Shown: positions 18,468-26,768 of the stretch, one piece after another
Numbering within the stretch: the first letter of the stretch is position 1
Layout of the letters: each line of letters opens with the position of its first letter
NCBI GenBank assembly: GCA_003021105.1
Contig: PXRG01000022.1
Coordinates: forward strand, 9,044 to 73,043
Direction of reading: 5' to 3'
DNA from: Halobacteriales archaeon QS_1_68_17
GTDB lineage: Archaea > Halobacteriota > Halobacteria > Halobacteriales > Haloarculaceae
Length of the DNA: 64,000 nt
The notes under the pieces: generated by a model
The model's input: the letters and a program-made list of their open reading frames with translations, nothing else
Databases searched by the model: none
What the model was told of the DNA's origin: nothing
Made by a program: the position numbers and the translations under genes

Positions 18468-20117
18468 ATGGCAGGCTACGACCAGACCCTGCGACCGTTC
18501 CTGTGGCGCGCCGAGAAACTCTACCCCGACCGGGAGATCGTCGCCCGGACCCACGAGGGAATGGTCCGGACGACATACGCCGGCTACGCGGACGACGTCC
18601 GGCGGCTGGCGGGCGCGCTGGAAGCGGCCGGCGTCGGGCGGGGCGACCGCGTCGGGACGGTCTGCTGGAACCACGACCGGCACTTCGAGACCTACTTCGC
18701 TGCCCCGAACATGGGGGCGCAACTCCACACCATCAATCCGCTCCTCCCCGACAAGCAAATCCAGTACATCGTCGAGGACGCGGCCGACACGGTGGTGTTC
18801 GTTGACCCGTCGCTGGCCGAGAAGCTCGCCAGCGCATACGACCCCGACGCCTTCGGGAGCGTCGAGCGGATCGTCGTCGTCGGGTCGTCGGTGCCCGACC
18901 TGGACCTGCCGGGCGCGGTCGACTACGAGTCGTTCGTCGCGGGCCGGGACGCCGACTACGAGTGGCCGGAACTGCCCGGCGACCAGCCCGCGGGCATGTG
19001 CTACACCTCGGGCACGACGGGGAGGCCGAAGGGCGTCGAGTACACCCAGCAGATGCTCTGGAGCCACACGATGGCCGAGTGTACCGAGATGGGGCTGGGG
19101 CTGGACAGCTCGGACGTGGTGATGCCGGTCGTGCCGATGTTCCACGTCAACGCCTGGGGACTTCCCTTTGCGACGACGGCCGTGGGCGGGAAACACGTCT
19201 ACCCCGGCCCCTCGCCGGACCCGTCGGACCTCGCCCGCCTCATCGAGGCGGAGGGCGTCACGGTGACCGCCGGCGTCCCCACGGTCTGGCTGGGCCTGCT
19301 CGAATACATCGAGGACAACGACGTGGACCTCTCGGCGCTCGACCGGATCGTCATCGGCGGCGCGGCCGCGCCCGAGAGCGTGATCCGGCAGTTCGACGAC
19401 CTCGGGGTCGAGGTGCTCCACGCCTGGGGAATGACCGAGACCGCACCCATCGGCACCGTCGGCCACCTCAAGCCGGACCTGGAAGACACCGACTACGACG
19501 CACAGGTTGAGAAACGCGAAAAGCAGGGGCTGGTCGTCCCCGGCCTGGAGTTCAAGGTCGTCGACGACGACGGCGAGGAAACCCCGTGGGACGGCGAGGC
19601 GTTCGGCGAACTGCTGATCCGCGGTCCCTGGGTGACCGACGGCTACCACGGGCGGCCGGAGGCCAACGAGAGCGACTTCGAGGGCTCGTGGCTCCGGACC
19701 GGCGACATCGTCACGGTCGACCGGGACGGCTACGTCGAGATCGTCGACCGCGCCGACGACGTGATCAAGTCGGGCGGCGAGTGGATCTCCTCCCAGGAAC
19801 TGGAAAACGTCATCATGGCCCACGACGAGGTCAGCGAGGCCGCCGTCGTCGGCGTCCCCCACGAGAAGTGGGGGGAACGACCCGTCGCCTTCGTCGTCGC
19901 CGCGGAGGGGGCAGACAGGGACCGCCTGGTCGAGGAGGTGCTGGCGATGCTAGACGAGGAGTACCCCGACTGGTGGCTGCCCGACGAGGTGGAGTTCGTC
20001 GACGCGATCCCGAAGACCGCCACCGGGAAGTTCTCGAAGAAGGACATCCGCGAGGAACACGCCGACCCGTCGCTGGTCGAGAACAGCGCCCCCGAGCGCC
20101 GCGAGTCCGGGGACTGA
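18468..20117 (+). CDS. AMP-dependent acyl-CoA synthetase (fatty-acid--CoA ligase family)
   Basis: AMP-binding motif YTSGTTGRPKGV and C-terminal PKTATGKFSKK. ATG 18468 lies inside ORF 18402..20117. Confidence 0.9.
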   Translation: MAGYDQTLRPFLWRAEKLYPDREIVARTHEGMVRTTYAGYADDVRRLAGALEAAGVGRGDRVGTVCWNHDRHFETYFAAPNMGAQLHTINPLLPDKQIQYIVEDAADTVVFVDPSLAEKLASAYDPDAFGSVERIVVVGSSVPDLDLPGAVDYESFVAGRDADYEWPELPGDQPAGMCYTSGTTGRPKGVEYTQQMLWSHTMAECTEMGLGLDSSDVVMPVVPMFHVNAWGLPFATTAVGGKHVYPGPSPDPSDLARLIEAEGVTVTAGVPTVWLGLLEYIEDNDVDLSALDRIVIGGAAAPESVIRQFDDLGVEVLHAWGMTETAPIGTVGHLKPDLEDTDYDAQVEKREKQGLVVPGLEFKVVDDDGEETPWDGEAFGELLIRGPWVTDGYHGRPEANESDFEGSWLRTGDIVTVDRDGYVEIVDRADDVIKSGGEWISSQELENVIMAHDEVSEAAVVGVPHEKWGERPVAFVVAAEGADRDRLVEEVLAMLDEEYPDWWLPDEVEFVDAIPKTATGKFSKKDIREEHADPSLVENSAPERRESGD

Positions 20118-20226
20118 TAGTGATTGTTGCCATTAGTTTTGCGATCACGTCACGTGAACGGTTGGTTCGTGGGCTGAAGCCCACGAATTGTGACTTCTCG
20201 GCGGTAAAGAGTCGCAACAATCACTA
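20118..20226 (+). mobile_element. MITE-like element family 1, copy A (109 bp)
   Basis: 13-bp TIR TAGTGATTGTTGC/GCAACAATCACTA. Internal hairpin CGTGGGCtgaaGCCCACG. Flanked by TGA 20115..20117 and TGA 20227..20229. Confidence 0.8.
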
Positions 20227-20478
20227 TGACACCGCCAGCGCCCGACGTACCTCGCGGGGCTGTCGGTCGTCCAGCCGGGTGGACGGGCACGCCGGGGATG
20301 CGACAGCGGCGACGGACAGCGCGGACGGCTGGGCGGCCGCTCAGCGATCCGACCGGGGCTCCGTCCGGCCGGACAGGTCGTCGGGATCGAGCCGGAAGAA
20401 CCGGAACGTCACTTCGCTGGTGGGGCGGTCGAAGGCGTCGACGAGCGGAATGTCGACCGCGCGCATCCGCTGGATCGC

Positions 20479-20806
20479 CTCGGACTGGGTGTGCTGGTCC
20501 GGTTCAGCGCCTTCTGGGGCGCGGTGCTCATGATGCTGTACTGGGCGGCCAGCCTCCAAGTGGCCTGCTGGCGGGCCTCCCGCTGGCCCACGGCTGGGTG
20601 ATCGACGACCACGTCGTCTACGCGATGTTGCTGTTCGGCCTCGGGGCCTTCGGCGCGGGCCGCGTCCTCGGCCTCGACGCCTACATCGAGGACACGGACC
20701 CGTCCCCGCGCCGGTAGGGGCGACCATCACCGAAGCCCTCGACGCCTACATCGAGGACACGGACCTGGTCAGGAACAACGGCTGGCTCCGCCTGCTACTG
20801 GGGTAG
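20479..20806 (+). pseudogene. DoxX-family membrane protein relic (C-terminal part only, frameshifted, with an internal duplication)
   Basis: LGLGVLVRFSAFWGAVLMMLYWAAS in one frame, then LLAGLPLAHGWVIDDHVVYAMLLFGLGAFGAGRVLGLDAYIEDTD in another. Frame switch near 20556..20563. A 29-bp direct repeat (20672..20700 and 20737..20765) splits the natural C-terminus. Confidence 0.6.
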
Positions 20807-20943
20807 CCGGAGCCGCCGGACGGACACACGCGGGGCCGTCGGCCGGTTTTACTTTCACCGCGCGTGGCTGGCACCTATATCGAGGGCGGTCGTAGGGCCG
20901 GGTGCGGGCGGAATCGCCCGCGGTCACACGCACGTTCCCACCC

Positions 20944-21093
20944 ATGTCACAGACCGCCAGCGCGCTGGGTCGCTGTCCCGACTGCGGGGCGTCGATCCCG
21001 GCCGGCCGGCTGCTGATCGCGTACGAGCGGGCCGACGGGACGGCCGTCTACGCCGACTGTCCCGGCTGCCGGGACGTCGTCCACCCCGCCTGA
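20944..21093 (+). CDS. Small zinc-finger protein (two CPxCG-like knuckles)
   Basis: 49 aa, MSQTASALGRCPDCG...CPGCR. Its stop lies 1 nt before the next start. Confidence 0.65.
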   Translation: MSQTASALGRCPDCGASIPAGRLLIAYERADGTAVYADCPGCRDVVHPA

Positions 21094-21094
21094 A

Positions 21095-21496
21095 ATGCCC
21101 ACGTTCGACGCCGATCCCGAGCGGATCACCGCCTTCCGGGTCGACGACCGCTACCTCTTCGCCCACTACTTCGAGCGCGAGGACCTCTTCGACCGCCTCC
21201 GGGAGTACTACGACGGGGAGCAGTACCGCTTCGCGGTTCCCGCCGACGAGTTCCCGACGGTGCGGGCCGACCTCGCGGAGGAGTACGTCGAGTTCGAGGT
21301 CGTCGAGGACCTCGAACCCTACTGTGTCGTCAAAGAGCAGTACACCGAACACGCCGACATCCTTCGGGACTCGGTGGCCCACTGGGAGCGCCGCGGCCAC
21401 CTGTTTTTCCTGCTGGAGAGCGAACTCGCCGTCCGCGAGGCCGTCGAGCGCGGCGCGACGCCGGTTGCCGAGACCGACTTCGTCGTCGGGCTGTAG
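21095..21496 (+). CDS. Hypothetical protein
   Basis: 133-aa ORF with acidic, protein-like composition and tight spacing to the upstream zinc-finger gene. Confidence 0.6.
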   Translation: MPTFDADPERITAFRVDDRYLFAHYFEREDLFDRLREYYDGEQYRFAVPADEFPTVRADLAEEYVEFEVVEDLEPYCVVKEQYTEHADILRDSVAHWERRGHLFFLLESELAVREAVERGATPVAETDFVVGL

Positions 21497-21570
21497 GTGT
21501 CCTGGACCGGCCACGCCGCCGGTCGCCGTCAGTCTGTGGGACCCGCCGGGTCGCCGGACCGCCAACGCCG

Positions 21571-22104
21571 CTAGTCGCCGCCGGTCCCGATGTCGAGTTC
21601 GTCGAGCCGGTCGTTGAGTGCCGCCACCGGATCGGGGTTCCAGTCGTCCCAGTTCCCGTCGGCGACCCACGCGAATTCGACGCGCTCGTCGGGCGAGATC
21701 AGAAAGAGCGAGCGCTTCGGGACGCGGCTGAATCCGTCGCGGGTCCCCTCGTGGAGGACGCCGTACCGTTCGCAAAGTTTCTCGGCGGTGTCACACAGCA
21801 GCGGGTATCCGATCCCGTGGTCCTCGGCGAACTCCATGTGGGCGTACGGCCCGTCGCCGGAGACGCCGACCACCTGCACGTCGTCCCGGAGCGTCAGCCA
21901 CTCGTAGTCGGCGATGTCACAGACCTGGGCGGTACACACCGGCGAATAGTCGTAGACGTACACGCCCAGCACGAGCGCCTGTCCGTCGGTCAACTCCGAC
22001 AGCGTGTAGGTCCGGATCTCCCCGTCGTGAACTCCCGGGAGGGTGAACTCGGGCGCTCGCTCTCCCCGGGAAATCGGCTCGTCGCGCGACAGCGTCTGGG
22101 TCAT
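21571..22104 (-). CDS. Peroxiredoxin (AhpC/TSA-Bcp family)
   Basis: 177 aa with a redox-active SPVCTAQVC motif. Confidence 0.85.
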   Translation of the reverse strand: MTQTLSRDEPISRGERAPEFTLPGVHDGEIRTYTLSELTDGQALVLGVYVYDYSPVCTAQVCDIADYEWLTLRDDVQVVGVSGDGPYAHMEFAEDHGIGYPLLCDTAEKLCERYGVLHEGTRDGFSRVPKRSLFLISPDERVEFAWVADGNWDDWNPDPVAALNDRLDELDIGTGGD

Positions 22105-22256
22105 GTTATTCTCATCGAACGCCGTGGGAATTAATTACTCCCCTGACTAGTTGGGGACTCCCGGCGAGTGGGGCCCGGCGGACGCCCGGCTCCGGTCGGC
22201 GCGGGCGGCGGTCGTCTCGACGGCGCGGGACGGGATCGGAGCCGGAGGGACGCGGC

Positions 22257-22613
22257 TCACGCCTCGTCGGGCGCGTAGTCCTCGTGGATGCGGTCCATCC
22301 GGGCGGCCATCACGAAGTCGGTCTTGTGGAGGCCGTCGATCTTGTGGGTCCACAATTCGACGACGACCTCGCCCCACGCGAGGTGGAGGTCGGGATGGTG
22401 CCACTCCTCCTCGGCGAGTTCGCCGATCTCGTAGGTGAACTCCAGGGCGTCCCGGAAGTCGTCGAACTCGTAGGTGCCCTCCAGGTGGTGGTCGTCGACG
22501 ACCGTCCAGACGTCGCCGTCGAGTTCGTCGAGGTAGTCGGCGTACTCGTCGGGGCCGAGCGGTTCGTCGTCGCTGGTGCACGCTTCGCAGGGTTCGTCGG
22601 CGAGTGTCGCCAT
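22257..22613 (-). CDS. Pterin-4-alpha-carbinolamine dehydratase
   Basis: [33 protein letters not shown] is the PCD core motif. ATG 22613 lies inside ORF 22257..22658. Confidence 0.85.
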   Translation of the reverse strand: MATLADEPCEACTSDDEPLGPDEYADYLDELDGDVWTVVDDHHLEGTYEFDDFRDALEFTYEIGELAEEEWHHPDLHLAWGEVVVELWTHKIDGLHKTDFVMAARMDRIHEDYAPDEA

Positions 22614-22657
22614 ACCCGCCTGTACACCCGGGAACTGCCTATACGTTCCGCCTTTCA

Positions 22658-22766
22658 TAGTGATTGTTGTGACTCTTTACCGCCGAGAAGTCACAATTCG
22701 TGGGCTTCAGCCCGCGAACCAACCGTTCACGTGACGTGGTCACGAAAATAATCGCAACAATCACTA
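22658..22766 (-). mobile_element. MITE-like element family 1, copy B (109 bp, inverted relative to copy A)
   Basis: The reverse complement aligns with copy A over its whole length with a handful of substitutions. Flanked by TCA 22655..22657 and TCA 22767..22769. Confidence 0.8.
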
Positions 22767-23390
22767 TCAGGTGCCCTCGACCAGCCGCTCGAGCTGCTCG
22801 GGCGGGACGGCCCCGCGGGCGGCGTGGTCGCCGTAGACGAACGTCGGAACGCCAGTGATACCCTGGCGGCGCGCCGCCTCGAACAGTTCCGAGACCCGCT
22901 CGCGTCGCCGGTCGTCGGCGACCGCCGTCCGGATCGCCGCCCCGTCGAGACCGACGTCGCCGGCGAGGCCGGCGAGTAGGTCCGCGTCGCCGATGTCCGC
23001 GCCGTCCTGCCAGATGGCATCGAAGACGGCCTCGTCGAAGTCCTCCCAGGCGTCGCGGTGCTCCTCCTTGACGTAGTGGGAGGCGACCTGCGCGGGCAGG
23101 GAATCGATGTCCGTGGCGATCCCGAGTGTCATCTCGACGTCGTACCGCTCCTGGAGCCGCCGGACGTTCGCCCTGGCCTGTTCGTAGTAATCCTCGTCCT
23201 TGCCGTCGTCGACGGCGTGGTCGATCTCGCCGTCGGGGCCGCGCTTGCGCGCCCGGAGGTCGAACGGGTGCCAGTCGACCGCGAGCGGGTCAGCGCGGCG
23301 CTGCCGGTACCGCTCCAGCGACCGCCGGCCGAGGTAACAGAACGGACACACGTAGTCCGAGTAAACGCGGATCGTCTCGGTGTTGCTCAT
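22767..23390 (-). CDS. DsbA-family thiol:disulfide oxidoreductase
   Basis: MSNTETIRVYSDYVCPFCYLG with a CPFC active site. ATG 23390 lies inside ORF 22767..23399. Confidence 0.85.
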   Translation of the reverse strand: MSNTETIRVYSDYVCPFCYLGRRSLERYRQRRADPLAVDWHPFDLRARKRGPDGEIDHAVDDGKDEDYYEQARANVRRLQERYDVEMTLGIATDIDSLPAQVASHYVKEEHRDAWEDFDEAVFDAIWQDGADIGDADLLAGLAGDVGLDGAAIRTAVADDRRRERVSELFEAARRQGITGVPTFVYGDHAARGAVPPEQLERLVEGT

Positions 23391-23518
23391 GCCCCCCATA
23401 CGCCCACGACGGACAAAAAGCGTTGTTTCCCGGCGGACAGTCCATATAAACCACCGCCGGCGGTCGACGAAAGCGCGGGGACGGCACTGTTTTGCGGGCC
23501 CGACCGGAAAGGGCCGTC

Positions 23519-24538
23519 ATGGACTGGACGCCACCCGACGACTGGCCACTGATCGAGACGGTCGAGTCACACGCCGGCGGCGAACCGCTCCGGACCGTCG
23601 TCGGGGGGTTCCCGGACCTCGACGGCGAGACCATCCTGGAGAAGCGCCGGGTAGCCCGCGAGCAGTACGACCACCTCCGCACCGCGCTGATGTGGGAACC
23701 GCGCGGCCACGCCGACATGTACGGGGCGATCCTCACCGACCCCGCGACCGACGCGGGCGACGTGGGCGTGCTGTTCACTCACAACGAGGGCTACAGCACG
23801 ATGTGCGGCCACGGCGTGATCGCGCTCGGGGCCGTCCTGCCGGAACTCGGGATCGTCGAATTGGACGCGGACGACCCGGTCGTCCGTCTCGACACGCCGG
23901 CCGGACTCGTGACCGCCCGGCCCCGGAGTAGCGACGGGCGGGTCCGCCGCGTGGCCTTCGAGAACGTGCCCGCCTACGTGGTCGCGCTCGACGAGACCGT
24001 CGGCGTGCCCGGCTACGGCACGGTCACCTACGACCTGGCCTTCGGCGGTGCGTACTACGCCTACTGCGACGCCGCGGAACTGGGCCTCTCGCTCGACGCA
24101 GACGGCGTCGACGAACTGATCGACGCCGGGCGGGCGATCAAGGCGGCCATCGCCGACGAGCGCACGATCGACCACCCGGCCGACGACGACCTCGGGTTCC
24201 TCTACGGCGTCATCTTCGCCGGCGATCCACGGGACGGGGGGGACTGCCGCAACGTCTGTGTCTTTGCCGACGGCGAGATCGACCGCAGCCCCACGGGGAC
24301 CGGCGTCAGCGGCCACCTCGCGCGCCGGCACGCCCGCGGCCGCCTCGCCCCCGGCGACGCCTACACCGTCGAGAGCATTGTCGGGTCGACCCTCACCGGC
24401 CGCGTCGCCGGGACCGTCGACTACCACGGCCGCGACGCCGTCGTGCCCGAGATCGAGGGACAGGCACACGTCGTCGGTACCGGCCAGTTCACGGTCGACC
24501 CGGAGGACCCGTTCGGCGAGGGGTTCCTGCTCCGGTGA
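23519..24538 (+). CDS. Proline-racemase-superfamily enzyme, predicted trans-3-hydroxy-L-proline dehydratase (Cys/Thr catalytic pair)
   Basis: First catalytic position STMCGH (Cys codon 23804..23806). Second position DRSPTGTG, with Thr (24293..24295) where racemases and epimerases have Cys. Confidence 0.75.
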   Translation: MDWTPPDDWPLIETVESHAGGEPLRTVVGGFPDLDGETILEKRRVAREQYDHLRTALMWEPRGHADMYGAILTDPATDAGDVGVLFTHNEGYSTMCGHGVIALGAVLPELGIVELDADDPVVRLDTPAGLVTARPRSSDGRVRRVAFENVPAYVVALDETVGVPGYGTVTYDLAFGGAYYAYCDAAELGLSLDADGVDELIDAGRAIKAAIADERTIDHPADDDLGFLYGVIFAGDPRDGGDCRNVCVFADGEIDRSPTGTGVSGHLARRHARGRLAPGDAYTVESIVGSTLTGRVAGTVDYHGRDAVVPEIEGQAHVVGTGQFTVDPEDPFGEGFLLR

Positions 24539-24996
24539 CGACCGCCGCGCTCGACGTGTCGGTTCAATTACTGGTGCGAAAAAAAGACAGCAGTATTTAA
24601 TTCCGTCGCCGGAGAGAGGGAACCCCGGCGAATCCGACCCGAATCCCCACAGTATCGGCACCGCAAACGCTGGACTGCTCGGTTTCGACGATCAGTCGCC
24701 GACGAAAGCCGCCGGACGGAATCGCCCGCGAAGTTCGGACGGCGACCGCAAAAAGACGACGGGCGCACCTGGCGACCAAACGACGGAGAAGGCCGGTGGT
24801 CGAAAGGTATCGGAAATAAATATATATAATTGTTCGTATAATTCGGTTCCAGGGACGCGGCCCTCGGACGGCAGCGATCCCGACACCGGCGCGGTGTGCC
24901 GGTCGTCTGCGGCCGGGATCGCCTTACACTACTATGCCTGTAATTCGACTGCCAGGCGTTCGCTGCGGACGTTCCCGTCTCGCGGGAGAAGATCTT

Positions 24997-25015
24997 CGTT
25001 TGTTCACGACAAACG
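24997..25015. promoter_or_regulatory. Palindrome CGTTTGTTCACGACAAACG (site A), 5 nt beyond the IclR-2 stop
   Basis: Perfect 7-bp arms with a 5-nt centre; anchored on the IclR-2 stop at 25020. Confidence 0.5.
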
Positions 25016-25019
25016 CGGT

Positions 25020-25814
25020 TCAGAGTTCGGGGCGGGCCTGTCCGTCCCGGGTTTCGAGGGTCACCTCAATCACGTTGGTCAGTTGCGTGACCAGGCGGGG
25101 ATACGTCTCGTGGAACTTCTCGTCGTCGATCCGGCTGGTCGGTCCCGAGACGCTGATCGACCCGAGCACTTCGTCCCGGTGGGTTACGGCGCTCCCGACC
25201 GCCCGCGCTCCCCGGATCTGCTCCTCGTCGTTCTGCGCGTACCCCTGCTCGCGCACCTCGGCCAGTTCCCCCAGCAGTTCGTCGACGTCGGTGATCGTGT
25301 GGTCGGTCATCCGCGGCAGGCCGTGCTCGGCCGCGATCTCGCGGACCCGCTCCTCGGGGAGTTCCGCCAGCAGCGCCTTCCCGCTGGAACTCCAGTGGAG
25401 GTGGTCGGGTTCCTCCAGCAGTTCGATGTGGTACTCCTGGGCGATGCCCTCGCCGCCGATGGCCTTGTGGTAGTAGATCCCCCGGCCGAACTGCTCGACC
25501 ATCAGGTGGGCACACTCCCCGGTTTCCTCTGCCAGTTTCTCGACCTCGGATTTTGCCACGTTGTACAGCCGGCTCCGGTGTTTGACGAACTGCCCGACGT
25601 TGAACAGTTTGGCCCCCAGTTCGTACCCCTCGTCGGTCCGCACGACGAACTGGTGTTCGTGCAACGTCGCCAGGTGGTTGTAGACACCGCCCTTCGACAT
25701 TCCGAGGTGGTCCGCCAGTTCGCTCACCCCTGCACCCTCCAGTTCCTTGAGGGTGTCGAGGAGCCGGCAGGTCCGCTCGACGGTCGTCAGCGTTCGCGGG
25801 CCGTCCTCCGCCAT
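25020..25814 (-). CDS. IclR-family transcriptional regulator
   Basis: 264 aa from MAEDGPRTLTTVERTCRLLDTLKEL. wHTH plus IclR effector domain. ATG 25814 lies inside ORF 25020..26114. Confidence 0.85.
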   Translation of the reverse strand: MAEDGPRTLTTVERTCRLLDTLKELEGAGVSELADHLGMSKGGVYNHLATLHEHQFVVRTDEGYELGAKLFNVGQFVKHRSRLYNVAKSEVEKLAEETGECAHLMVEQFGRGIYYHKAIGGEGIAQEYHIELLEEPDHLHWSSSGKALLAELPEERVREIAAEHGLPRMTDHTITDVDELLGELAEVREQGYAQNDEEQIRGARAVGSAVTHRDEVLGSISVSGPTSRIDDEKFHETYPRLVTQLTNVIEVTLETRDGQARPEL

Positions 25815-25845
25815 ACCCCCCCGGACGACCTCGTCCCACTTATGT

Positions 25846-25862
25846 GTTTGCATACAGCAAAC
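25846..25862. promoter_or_regulatory. Palindrome GTTTGCATACAGCAAAC (site F), 32 nt upstream of the IclR-2 ATG
   Basis: Perfect 6-bp arms; anchored on the IclR-2 reading frame. Confidence 0.5.
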
Positions 25863-25925
25863 CGCGTACTCGTCGCTGCCGTCGCAGTGGCCGGATCTCG
25901 CTCGCCGACCGTCGCTGACGCGCAC

Positions 25926-25948
25926 CGTTTGTTTGTCGTGAACAAACG
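25926..25948. promoter_or_regulatory. Palindrome CGTTTGTTTGTCGTGAACAAACG (site B), about 40 nt upstream of the cyclase ATG
   Basis: The inner 19 nt (25930..25948) equal the reverse complement of site A at 18 of 19 positions, including the asymmetric centre. Confidence 0.5.
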
Positions 25949-25986
25949 TCGACCACTTTTTTGTGGCGGTCGACCGACGGGGTAGT

Positions 25987-26634
25987 ATGCTCGTCGACAT
26001 GACCCTGCCGTTGGAGGAGGGGATGCAGTTGTTCCCGGGGTTGCCGAGTTTCGAGTCCGAACGGTCCGTCTCCGACGAGACGGGCGCGATCACCCGCCGG
26101 TTCGCGTCGAGCACGCACCAGGGGACCCACGTCGATGCGCCGCGCCACTACGTCCCCGACGGGCCGACGCTCGGGGACCTGGGACTCGACCGGTGGTTCG
26201 GGGCGGCGACGGTGGTCGACCTCCGGGATCGCCGCGGGGAGCCGATCGACGCCGAAGCGCTGGCGGCCAGCGGCGTCGACACCGAACCCGGCGACCGGCT
26301 CCTGCTGTTGACCGGTGACGTCGACCACCGGTTCGGCGATCGGGACTTCTTCGAGGAGGCGGCCCACCTCACCGTCTCGGGCGCGGAGTGGCTGGTCGAC
26401 CGCGAGCCGGCGCTCGTGGGCAACGACTTCCTGACGGAGGCGCTGACCGACCCCGAACGACCCGTCCACCACACGCTCCTGGAGGCGGGCGTTCCGGTCG
26501 TGGAGTACCTCTGTGAGGCCGACGCCGTGGCTGACCACGACAGCGTCGAGTTCACCTGCCTCCCGCTGAACGCGCCGGCCTTCGAGGCGTCGCCGGTCCG
26601 GGCGGTGGCACGGACTGACGGGGGCGACCCCTGA
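25987..26634 (+). CDS. Cyclase-family protein (kynurenine/aryl formamidase-like)
   Basis: HQGTHVDAPRHY metal-binding motif. ATG 25987 lies inside ORF 25963..26634. Confidence 0.8.
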   Translation: MLVDMTLPLEEGMQLFPGLPSFESERSVSDETGAITRRFASSTHQGTHVDAPRHYVPDGPTLGDLGLDRWFGAATVVDLRDRRGEPIDAEALAASGVDTEPGDRLLLLTGDVDHRFGDRDFFEEAAHLTVSGAEWLVDREPALVGNDFLTEALTDPERPVHHTLLEAGVPVVEYLCEADAVADHDSVEFTCLPLNAPAFEASPVRAVARTDGGDP

Positions 26635-26768
26635 CGAGCCGGGGGGTGGTACGGACCGACGGCGGGCGATTCCCGAGGGCCTGGCAGTGGCACGGACCGA
26701 CGAGGACGACTTCCGACCGGGCAGGCGGTGGCGCGGACCGACCGGTCGGCTCCTCGCCGCCACGATCA
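26605..26768. repeat. 4 x 41-bp degenerate tandem repeat
   Basis: Units start at 26605, 26646, 26687 and 26728, each opening with GTGGYRCGGACYGAC. The first unit encodes the cyclase C-terminus. Confidence 0.85.

Noticed and set aside
24569-24595. Possible collapsed family-2 remnant, TACTGGTGcgaaaaaaagACAGCAGTA. A similar TACTGGcaCCAGT occurs at 61697..61709.
   Set aside because: Only 8-9 nt match each TIR end and no TGA/TCA duplication flanks them. Matches this short can arise by chance.
26605-26768. The tandem arrays at 26605, 17233 and 11241 as degenerate CRISPR arrays.
   Set aside because: Units are directly adjacent with no unique spacers, the repeats are degenerate rather than conserved, and no cas genes or leader are present.
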